Positions 45,702-53,627 of a stretch of DNA of 64,000 nt are shown here, one piece after another. Each line of letters opens with the position of its first letter. Position 1 is the first letter of the stretch. The notes beneath the pieces are model-generated. The model saw only the letters and a list, made by a program, of their open reading frames with translations, had not been told where the DNA came from and searched no databases. Source of the stretch: Candidatus Mediterraneibacter pullicola (lineage in GTDB: Bacteria; Bacillota; Clostridia; Lachnospirales; Lachnospiraceae); assembly GCA_019117065.1 (NCBI GenBank), contig DXAK01000043.1, positions 124,671 through 188,670 on the forward strand. Direction: 5' to 3'. The position numbers and the translations under genes are program-made.

Positions 45702-48296
45702 ATGAAAGAGAGCTTTTGTTTTACGGTAAACGGAGTAGAACGCGTGACAGATGTGGATAAGCCGCTCCTTCGCTATCTGCGGGATGATCTCCATCTGCAT
45801 TCCGTCAAGGACGGCTGCAGCGAGGGAGCCTGCGGTACATGTACCATCGTGGTGGACGGAAAAGCGGTCAAATCCTGTGTCCTGACGACGAGGCGGGCGG
45901 TCGGGAAAAATATCCTGACCACGGAGGGACTCAGCGAAAAAGAGAAGGAGGCTTTCGTCTATGCTTTCGGGTCAAAGGGATCTGTCCAGTGCGGATTCTG
46001 CATCCCCGGCATGGTGATGTCAGGGAAAGCCCTGATTGATCGGGTGCCGGACCCCACCGAGGAAGAGATTAAAGTGGCGTTAAAAGGAAATATCTGCCGC
46101 TGTACAGGATATAAAAAGATCATCGAGGGGATCCAGCTTGCGGCGGCGATTCTCAGGGGCGACGAGCAGATTGATGAGGAGCTGGAGAAAGGTGACAGCT
46201 ACGGAGTGGGAGAGAGAGCTTTCCGTCTGGACGTCCGTGAAAAGGTGTTAGGATACGGAGAGTACCCGGACGACATGGAGGTCGAGGGAATGGTCTATGC
46301 CTCGGCGGTGCGATCAAAATATCCTCGCGCCCGGATTCTTGATATTCATACGGAGAAAGCGGAGGCGCTCCCGGGCGTTCTGGCAGTGCTGACCGCGGAC
46401 GATGTGCCGAATAATAAGGTCGGGCATTTGCAACAGGATTGGGATGTGATGATCGCGAAAGGCGCTGTTACGCGCTATGTGGGTGACGCTATATGCCTTG
46501 TGGTTGCGGAGACAAAGGAGATCCTTGAGAGGGCGAAGAAACTGGTGCGTATAGATTATGAGGAATTAAAGCCTGTGACTTCGGTTAAAGAAGCAATGCA
46601 GGAGGACGCGCCTAGGGTTCATTCCAAAGGGAATCTATGTCAGAGCAGGCATGTCACAAGAGGGAATGCCAAGAGCGCGCTGGCAAATTCAAAATATGTG
46701 GTGACGCAGACTTACAGCACTCCATTTACGGAGCACGCATTCCTTGAGCCGGAGTGCGCGGTGGCAATGCCATACAAGGACGGAGTAAAAGTCTACTCTA
46801 CGGATCAGGGCGTGTATGACACACGCCATGAGATCTCGATTATGTTCGGGTGGGATCCGGAGAAAGTTGTGGTTGAGAATAAGCTGGTGGGCGGTGGATT
46901 CGGAGGAAAAGAAGACGTCTCAGTCCAGCATATTGCGGCACTGGCGGCTGTGAAGGTGCAACGGCCGGTAAAGGTGACATTTTCTAGGCAGGAGTCCATC
47001 AACTTTCATCCGAAACGGCACGCCATGGAGGGAACCTTCACCCTCGGGTGTGACGAGAACGGAATCTTCACCGGACTGGACTGTGAGATCTATTTTGATA
47101 CCGGAGCATACGCTTCACTGTGCGGACCGGTTCTGGAGAGGGCGTGTACTCATTCTGTAGGACCTTACTGTTATCAGAACACGGACATCCGCGGATTCGG
47201 ATATTATACAAACAATCCGCCAGCGGGGGCGTTCCGCGGTTTCGGCGTGTGTCAGAGTGAATTTGCCCTTGAATCCAATATCAATCTCCTTGCGGAAAAG
47301 GTAGGCATTTCTCCGTGGGAGATCCGTTACCGCAATGCCATTGAACCGGGGAAGGTGCTTCCCAATGGACAGATCGCAGACTGTTCCACCGCACTTAAGG
47401 AGACGCTTCTGGCAGTGAAGGACGTATACGAGAGCAATCCGGGCAGGGCGGGGATTGCCTGTGCCATGAAAAACGCCGGAGTAGGCGTGGGACTTCCCGA
47501 CAAGGGAAGAGCCAAGATCAAGGTTCATGACGGTAAGGTGGAATTATACAGCGCGGCATCTGATATCGGTCAGGGATGCGCCACGGTATTTGTGCAGATG
47601 GTTGCAGAGACGACTGGGCTTGGAAAGGATAAGATACGCAACATGGGAGCAAACTCCGAGCTGGCGCCGGATTCCGGTACCACTTCCGGTTCCCGGCAGA
47701 CGCTCATCACCGGGGAAGCTGTGCGCATGGCGTCCGCCGATCTGGTTAAAGCGCTTGAAAAAGCCGGAGGAGATCTGGGGAAATTGGAAGGCTGGGAGAC
47801 ATTTGCTGAATTTTTTGATCCCACGGATAAGCTGGGGGCAGATGTTCCGAATCCCAAGAGCCATGTGGCATACGGGTTTGCTACACATGTGGTTGTCTTG
47901 GACGACGATGGAAGGGTGAAAGAAGTATATGCGGCGCACGATTCTGGGAAAGTTGTCAATCCCATTGCCATACAGGGACAGATCGAGGGCGGTGTGCTCA
48001 TGGGTCTGGGATATGCCCTGACAGAAGATTTCCCGTTGAAAGATGGGATTCCGCAGGCAAGATACGGGACTTTGGGGCTGATGAGATCTACTCAGATACC
48101 GGATATCCACGCCATCTATGTGGAGAAGGAAGAACTGCTTCCCTTTGCATACGGGGCAAAAGGCATCGGTGAAATCGCTACTATTCCCACTGCCCCGGCA
48201 GCTCAGGGCGCGTATTACGCGATGGATCATGTGCTTAGGACAAAGCTTCCGATGGAGAACACCTATTATTCAAAAAAGCAGAAAGCCGTAAAATAA
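45702..48296 (+). CDS. xdhD: XdhD-type molybdenum hydroxylase with fused N-terminal [2Fe-2S] domains
   Basis: CSEGACGTCTI, CGFCIPG and CRCTGY motifs in the first 150 aa, followed by XDH-family hammerhead and Moco domains (GGGFGGKED). Confidence 0.88.
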   Translation: MKESFCFTVNGVERVTDVDKPLLRYLRDDLHLHSVKDGCSEGACGTCTIVVDGKAVKSCVLTTRRAVGKNILTTEGLSEKEKEAFVYAFGSKGSVQCGFCIPGMVMSGKALIDRVPDPTEEEIKVALKGNICRCTGYKKIIEGIQLAAAILRGDEQIDEELEKGDSYGVGERAFRLDVREKVLGYGEYPDDMEVEGMVYASAVRSKYPRARILDIHTEKAEALPGVLAVLTADDVPNNKVGHLQQDWDVMIAKGAVTRYVGDAICLVVAETKEILERAKKLVRIDYEELKPVTSVKEAMQEDAPRVHSKGNLCQSRHVTRGNAKSALANSKYVVTQTYSTPFTEHAFLEPECAVAMPYKDGVKVYSTDQGVYDTRHEISIMFGWDPEKVVVENKLVGGGFGGKEDVSVQHIAALAAVKVQRPVKVTFSRQESINFHPKRHAMEGTFTLGCDENGIFTGLDCEIYFDTGAYASLCGPVLERACTHSVGPYCYQNTDIRGFGYYTNNPPAGAFRGFGVCQSEFALESNINLLAEKVGISPWEIRYRNAIEPGKVLPNGQIADCSTALKETLLAVKDVYESNPGRAGIACAMKNAGVGVGLPDKGRAKIKVHDGKVELYSAASDIGQGCATVFVQMVAETTGLGKDKIRNMGANSELAPDSGTTSGSRQTLITGEAVRMASADLVKALEKAGGDLGKLEGWETFAEFFDPTDKLGADVPNPKSHVAYGFATHVVVLDDDGRVKEVYAAHDSGKVVNPIAIQGQIEGGVLMGLGYALTEDFPLKDGIPQARYGTLGLMRSTQIPDIHAIYVEKEELLPFAYGAKGIGEIATIPTAPAAQGAYYAMDHVLRTKLPMENTYYSKKQKAVK

Positions 48297-48411
48297 TGTG
48301 GTAGCAGGGACATGAGAGCGTCCGGCGGATGCAGTGACCGGGGAGCGGGAAAAGCAGATGGCAGGTAAATAGACGCCATATTTAAATCATAAAGAAAAGA
48401 GGCGGAATGGT

Positions 48412-48795
48412 ATGGAGAAGCAGTCAGAGGAAAGAAAGAATGTTCAGAAGTGTGAGGCTTCTTCTATCCACCCCCGCCTGAAAGTGCAGATCACAGGCAC
48501 AGAGCCGTTCTTTGGACCGGGAGTGCGGACGCTCCTTCTGCATATCTGTGAGGAGGGTTCCGTGCGGGAGGCGTGTGAAAAGATGGGACTGTCATACAGC
48601 AAAGGCAGGAAACTTCTGGAACGTGCAGAGCGGGAATTGGGGTATACAGTTGTTGAACGCAGCCCCGGCGGAAAGAACGGGGGAAGCGCACAGGTCAGTG
48701 AAGCGGGAATGCAGTTTCTGGAAAAATACGAGAGGCTTGAAAAGGAACTTTCCAAGGCTGCGGAGGAAAAGTTCTGGGAAATATTTGGAAATTAG
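48412..48795 (+). CDS. ModE N-terminal-domain-like winged-HTH regulator (no Mop/TOBE domain)
   Basis: 127 aa. FFGPGVRTLLLHICEEGSVREACEKMGLSYSKGRKLLERAE resembles the ModE/LysR-type HTH_1. It ends before any molybdate-binding domain. Confidence 0.7.
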   Translation: MEKQSEERKNVQKCEASSIHPRLKVQITGTEPFFGPGVRTLLLHICEEGSVREACEKMGLSYSKGRKLLERAERELGYTVVERSPGGKNGGSAQVSEAGMQFLEKYERLEKELSKAAEEKFWEIFGN

Positions 48796-48820
48796 CGGAA
48801 GAATACCACTTCCGCTTTTG
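48795..48820 (+). terminator. Intrinsic terminator after the ModE-like gene
   Basis: GCGGAAG-AATACCA-CTTCCGC-TTTT. Confidence 0.75.
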
Positions 48821-48830
48821 TAAGAAAGCC

Positions 48831-48862
48831 GATTGCTTTTTAGAAAACAATCGAGTATAATT
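48831..48862 (+). promoter_or_regulatory. modABC promoter with overlapping palindrome
   Basis: TTGCTT (48834-48839) - 17 nt - TATAAT (48857-48862). The palindrome CGATTG-N12-CAATCG (48831-48854) spans the -35 and spacer. Confidence 0.55.
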
Positions 48863-48895
48863 GATGAAGGTAAAACTACCGAGGAGGACAAACGT

Positions 48896-49786
48896 ATGAA
48901 GAAAAGGTTATTGGCAGCAGTACTGGCAGGAATTATGGTATTTTCCATGGCAGGATGCTCGGGAACAAATTCGGATTCTGCTTCGGATAACGGGACGGAT
49001 ACTCAGGCAGGAGATACAGATTCCGATGAGGAACAGACAGAGATCCAAGTGTTTATCGCGGCGAGCTTAAACACGGTTATGACAGATCTTGCGGAGAGGT
49101 ATAATGAGGATCACCCAGATGTAAAGATCACTTATAACGCAGACAGCTCGGGAACACTTCTTACACAGATACAGGAGGGATATGAATGTGATATCTTCTT
49201 CTCAGCGGCTCAGAAGCAGATGGATGATCTGGAGGCGGACGGGCTCATGGTGGAAGGCACGAGAGCTAATGTAGTCAACAATCAGGTTGTCGTCATGACC
49301 CTTAAAGACAGCGGGACAGCAGTGACAGGACTTGAGGATATCGGAAAGGCAGAGAGTATTGCTTTGGCGGGCGGAAGCGTTCCGGTAGGGAGGTATACAA
49401 GACAGGCCATGGTAAATCTGGGAATGCTCCCGGAGGCAGATGACGTGGCGGCGATTACAACCGAAGAAGTGTCTGAAGCACTGGGCGGCGTGGAGATCAG
49501 TGAGCAGGATAACGTAAGCAAAGTGCTTACAGCAGTTGTGGAGGGATCTTGCGAGGTGGGGACGACCTACTATTCCGATACATACGGATATGAGGATGAT
49601 CTGGATATCCTCCAGACAGTAAGCTATGACCTGACAGGGAACGTGATCTATCCTATCGCCCGCGTTATAAATGAGGAAGCGGACGATGCGCAGACAGCGG
49701 CGGCGGAAGATTTCTTGAAGTTTATCCTTTCGGATGAGGCAAAAGAAGTGTTTGACTCCTATTATTTTGACACAAATGTAGAATAG
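48896..49786 (+). CDS. modA: Molybdate ABC transporter substrate-binding lipoprotein
   Basis: Start refined to ATG 48896 (GAGGAGG RBS). Lipobox SMAGC and ModA-type periplasmic binding fold. Confidence 0.88.
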   Translation: MKKRLLAAVLAGIMVFSMAGCSGTNSDSASDNGTDTQAGDTDSDEEQTEIQVFIAASLNTVMTDLAERYNEDHPDVKITYNADSSGTLLTQIQEGYECDIFFSAAQKQMDDLEADGLMVEGTRANVVNNQVVVMTLKDSGTAVTGLEDIGKAESIALAGGSVPVGRYTRQAMVNLGMLPEADDVAAITTEEVSEALGGVEISEQDNVSKVLTAVVEGSCEVGTTYYSDTYGYEDDLDILQTVSYDLTGNVIYPIARVINEEADDAQTAAAEDFLKFILSDEAKEVFDSYYFDTNVE

Positions 49787-49888
49787 AGATAAAATAAATG
49801 TAGGCAGCAGGCGGCGGACAAGAGCCATACTTTTGTCCGTCGTTTTTTGCGAAGGAAGATTCGGAAGAAAACTCCGGGAGGACGGTTT

Positions 49889-50593
49889 ATGGAAGCGATC
49901 ATGGAGATTTTAAAAGGGCTGGATTGGAGCCCTCTGTTCATATCTATCAAGACGGGGGTTGTGGCGACTGTTATCTCTTTTTTTCTTGGGATATTCGCAG
50001 CGCGCAAGGTGGTGAAGGCTTCGCCGGGCAAGAAGGCGGTCATTGACGGTATTCTTACTCTGCCAATGGTGCTACCGCCGACAGTGGCGGGATTCTTCTT
50101 GCTTCTTCTGTTCAGTAGGCGCAGGCCTTTCGGAGAGTTTCTCTTTGACGAGTTCGGGTTCAAAGTCGTGCAGACATGGCTCGGGTGCGTCATTGCGGCG
50201 ACAGTAATAGCCTTCCCTCTAATGTACCGCAATGCCCGCGCGGCAATGGAGCAGATTGATACGAATCTGGTATATGCGGGCAGGACGCTTGGCATGTCGG
50301 ATACAAAAATTTTTTGGAAAATTATCATACCAACCGCGGGACCGGGGATCGCTTCCGGAACGATCCTTACGTTTGCCAGAGCGCTGGGCGAGTACGGTGC
50401 GACGTCAATGCTGGCGGGAAATATACCCGGCAAGACAGGAACCATTTCCCAGAAAATTGCTATGGTCATACAGGATGGCGATTATATGACGGCGGGGATT
50501 TGGGTGGCTGTAGTCATGATCATCGCATTTATCGTTATTTTCCTGATGAACATCATCTCAGGGAAAAAGATGAAAAACATCAGGAGGTGGTAA
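49889..50593 (+). CDS. modB: Molybdate ABC transporter permease
   Basis: Start refined to ATG 49889. EAA-like loop ARALGEYGATSMLAGNIPGKT. Confidence 0.88.
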   Translation: MEAIMEILKGLDWSPLFISIKTGVVATVISFFLGIFAARKVVKASPGKKAVIDGILTLPMVLPPTVAGFFLLLLFSRRRPFGEFLFDEFGFKVVQTWLGCVIAATVIAFPLMYRNARAAMEQIDTNLVYAGRTLGMSDTKIFWKIIIPTAGPGIASGTILTFARALGEYGATSMLAGNIPGKTGTISQKIAMVIQDGDYMTAGIWVAVVMIIAFIVIFLMNIISGKKMKNIRRW

Positions 50594-50596
50594 CTC

Positions 50597-51670
50597 ATGG
50601 CGATCAATGTTCAAGTCAGAAAGAAGCTGGACAGTTTTCTTTTGGATATCAGTTTTGAGAGCAAGTCAAAGCGGATCGGTATTCTGGGAGCTTCTGGCTG
50701 TGGGAAAAGCATGACGCTTAAGAGTATTGCGGGTATTGAAACTCCGGATGAGGGTAGGATTGAGGTGGAGGGCCGGACGCTGTTTGACCGGGAAAGGAAA
50801 GTCAACTTAAAGCCGCAAAAGAGAAACGTGGGATATTTGTTTCAGAACTACGCTTTGTTTCCGACCATGAATGTGGAGAAAAATATTGCGGCAGGACTAA
50901 AAGGCAGCAGACAGGGTAGTGAGACACGTGTGCGGCAGATGATAGAGAAATTCCGGCTTCAGGGGCTGGAGAAACGCCTTCCCGGGCAATTGTCCGGTGG
51001 CCAGCAGCAAAGGGTAGCTCTAGCGCGCATCATGGCCTATGAGCCGGATGTGATTCTGCTTGACGAACCATTTTCAGCTCTGGATATGTACTTAAAGGAT
51101 CAGCTTCAGCAAGAACTGATTCAGATGCTTGAAGATTATGAGGGTACGGTCATTATGGTATCCCATAACAGAGATGAGGTGTACCGTTTCAGCCAGGATC
51201 TGCTCATTATTGATCAGGGAAGGATCGCTGCTGCTGGAGAGACAAAGGAGATCTTTAGAAATCCAGTCAGCAGGGAGGCGGCCCGTCTTACCGGATGCAA
51301 AAATTTTTCCCGGGTAAGGCAGATCGACGCTCATACATTGGAAGTGCAGGATTGGGGCATTACCTTGTACATCCGGGGAGAGATCCCGGATTACACGGAA
51401 TGGATCGGATACCGTGCTCATGATTTTATTCCTGTATGGGGAAAACGCGGAGAAAATATGATTAAAGCAGAAATTGACAGCAGCGCGACTCTGCCATTTG
51501 AACGGAATTATTATCTTAGAGCGGAGAAAGAGAATGTGCTTGATACAGACGGATCAGGAGGAACAAAGATCTGCTGGTTTGTGCAGAGAGAAAAAATGGA
51601 TGTACTGGAAGAGAGGGGAATTCCTGATTATCTAGAAATAAAAGAAGATAAAATCTTATTTTTAAGATAG
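50597..51670 (+). CDS. modC: Molybdate ABC transporter ATP-binding protein
   Basis: Walker A GASGCGKS, signature LSGGQQQRVALAR, Walker B ILLDEPFSALD, plus a C-terminal regulatory-type domain. Confidence 0.85.
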   Translation: MAINVQVRKKLDSFLLDISFESKSKRIGILGASGCGKSMTLKSIAGIETPDEGRIEVEGRTLFDRERKVNLKPQKRNVGYLFQNYALFPTMNVEKNIAAGLKGSRQGSETRVRQMIEKFRLQGLEKRLPGQLSGGQQQRVALARIMAYEPDVILLDEPFSALDMYLKDQLQQELIQMLEDYEGTVIMVSHNRDEVYRFSQDLLIIDQGRIAAAGETKEIFRNPVSREAARLTGCKNFSRVRQIDAHTLEVQDWGITLYIRGEIPDYTEWIGYRAHDFIPVWGKRGENMIKAEIDSSATLPFERNYYLRAEKENVLDTDGSGGTKICWFVQREKMDVLEERGIPDYLEIKEDKILFLR

Positions 51671-51932
51671 ATGAAAGATTATTATTTCTTGCTGATTATT
51701 TAGGCGAAGCCCGGCGGCCATGTATACGGACTGTATGACACAACCGCCGTCCTCTTGTTAATATGGTTTTATGATACCAGGGAAATGTGAAGTGGCTGTG
51801 TCAATATATGGAAAAAAGTTTAAAAATTCTAAAAAGAAAATAAACCATAATAAAGACAAATAAAGACACCGCACGGTCTATAAATTATGCCGGAGGCTGT
51901 GGGAAAAAATGATTGTTTCCTGCAACTTTCCG

Positions 51933-51957
51933 CACTGCGCGCCGCGCGGTGTTTTTT
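51933..51957 (+). terminator. GC-rich hairpin plus U-tract on the plus strand, about 260 nt after modC
   Basis: CACTGCGC-GCC-GCGCGGTG followed by TTTTTT. Confidence 0.45.
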
Positions 51958-51960
51958 CTT

Positions 51961-52272
51961 TTAACTTGTTGTATTTACGGTGTGCATCATTTCTTTTTCA
52001 GCGTCTGACCATCGCGGTTTTTCGGCCTCATATCTCTCAAAGAGCCATGTTACCGCCTGATCCATCCCCTCGTCTGTAAGGGGAAATACGGCACTTTCCT
52101 TCTGATCGTCAGGTGTCTGTTCGAAGCACCATGGTTCGGGATAGATAAACACCGTAAAAGTAGTGCTATTCTTCCCGTCATCTCCGCGGAAAAGATATCG
52201 CATTCCTCTGTGGCTTCCGGAGAAGGATTCTTTTTTCAGTCCTGCTGTCGGGATGAGCTTTTTATCAATCAT
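51961..52272 (-). CDS. Hypothetical protein (103 aa; start uncertain, alternative ATG at 52308)
   Basis: ORF with GAGAGG 12 nt upstream of ATG 52272. No recognisable motifs. Confidence 0.45.
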   Translation of the reverse strand: MIDKKLIPTAGLKKESFSGSHRGMRYLFRGDDGKNSTTFTVFIYPEPWCFEQTPDDQKESAVFPLTDEGMDQAVTWLFERYEAEKPRWSDAEKEMMHTVNTTS

Positions 52273-52312
52273 AGTATCTTGATTCCTCTCTTTTTCTGTA
52301 TGGGTCATTATA

Positions 52313-53353
52313 TCACTGCGCGGCTTCCTCTGCAAATTCTGTTGTCACAAGATCCTCATACGGGACTCTCTCCTCAAGTTCGCCTGCGCTCTCAAGAATA
52401 TCCTGAAGAAGTTCAAAACTGCTCTTTTCGAAGATCAGATCGCTTTTCCATGTGTCCTGATCATAGTAGCGCGTTACAATGGTGGTGATCGTCTCAAGAT
52501 CTGTCTCGGGGAACTGTGGTTCAATGACAGCCGCGATCTCTTCCGGTGTGTGGGTCTGTACATAATCCATTCCTTTTTGCAGGGCGTCTGTAAATCCTTG
52601 TATCACATCTGGGTTTTCATCGATATAGCTCTGCTTTGCACTGAATGCGGTGTAGGGGACATATCCGCTGTCCTCTCCAAGAGACGCCACGACGTAGCCT
52701 TCTCCCTCAGATTCTAGAGTGGTAGCTCCCGGCTCAAATTCAATTGTAAAGTCCCCTTGATCTTCGGCAAACGCGGCCGCGGTGGATCCGTACTCGATAT
52801 TCTGGTTGATCTCAAGATCTGTCTCCGGGTCAATTCCATTTTCCTTTAAAATGTACTCAAACACCATCTCAGGCATCCCGCCTTTACGTCCTCCGAGCAC
52901 AACATGGCCTTTCAGATCATCCCACGTGAAGTTGGGCATTTCTTCTCTTGCGACTAGGAAGTTCCCGGCACGCTGGGTAAGCTGGGCAAAGTTGATTACA
53001 TAGTCTGTAGCGCCTTCTGAATAGGTATAGATGGACGCTTCTGACCCCATGAATCCAATATCTGCTTCGCCGGATATGACAGCAGTCATCGTTTTATCTG
53101 CGCCAAAACCGCAAATAAGTTCTAGATCAATGCCCTCTTCTTCAAAATATCCTTCTTCGATTGCTACATACATCGGGGCATAGAAGATAGAGTGCGCTAC
53201 TTCGTTTAATGTTACCTTGACAGGTTCTTTCTCTTCGGTCTCTGCTTCGGATGTGTTTTCCGGCTCTTTGTTCTCTGTATCCTGCGAGCATCCGGCCAGC
53301 AGGGACAAGGAGAGAACAGCAGCGCTGAGATAGGCTAGAATACGCTTTTTCAT
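52313..53353 (-). CDS. NMT1/THI5-like (SsuA/TauA-type) ABC substrate-binding lipoprotein, orphan
   Basis: Start refined to ATG 53353 (GGGAGGAA RBS). Lipobox LLAGC and type-2 periplasmic binding fold. No permease or ATPase gene is adjacent. Confidence 0.8.
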   Translation of the reverse strand: MKKRILAYLSAAVLSLSLLAGCSQDTENKEPENTSEAETEEKEPVKVTLNEVAHSIFYAPMYVAIEEGYFEEEGIDLELICGFGADKTMTAVISGEADIGFMGSEASIYTYSEGATDYVINFAQLTQRAGNFLVAREEMPNFTWDDLKGHVVLGGRKGGMPEMVFEYILKENGIDPETDLEINQNIEYGSTAAAFAEDQGDFTIEFEPGATTLESEGEGYVVASLGEDSGYVPYTAFSAKQSYIDENPDVIQGFTDALQKGMDYVQTHTPEEIAAVIEPQFPETDLETITTIVTRYYDQDTWKSDLIFEKSSFELLQDILESAGELEERVPYEDLVTTEFAEEAAQ

Positions 53354-53627
53354 AATTCCTCCCACTAGGTTTTCTTAAATTGCTTCTTAATACTATATGA
53401 AAAAATACAGAGGAGGGTTACGGTACGGAAAAGATATTCTGTATCATGCCTTCCGAAACATAAAGCACCCGTTAAAACCGTATCGAAACCGGGAAAGTCT
53501 TCCGGTGATTGTGATAGGGCTTTAGCGGGTGCTGTATTGTTATGGTGATGTGCCAATACCTGTTGCCAGATGGCTGTCAATTATGGAAGTTGTCAATTAT
53601 TATAGCCGCCGTCCAATGTGAAGGTTA

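Noticed and set aside
21731-48296. Selenocysteine (in-frame TGA) recoding within the selenium-linked cluster
   Set aside because: Every gene in the cluster is an uninterrupted ORF of the expected family length. No split ORF pairs are separated by a single TGA, and I noticed no SECIS-like hairpin. Selenium in these systems is expected as a labile cofactor ligand, not as Sec.
51809-51844. 11-codon mini-ORF (MEKSLKILKRK) in the modC-downstream gap
   Set aside because: No Shine-Dalgarno sequence. An AT-rich context makes such short frames likely by chance.
53366-53627. TPP (THI-box) riboswitch upstream of the NMT1/THI5-like binding protein
   Set aside because: The invariant CUGAGA and ACCUGAUCUGGAUAAUGCCAGCG-type elements are absent on either strand. 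The region is kept only as an unclassified structured leader in the findings.
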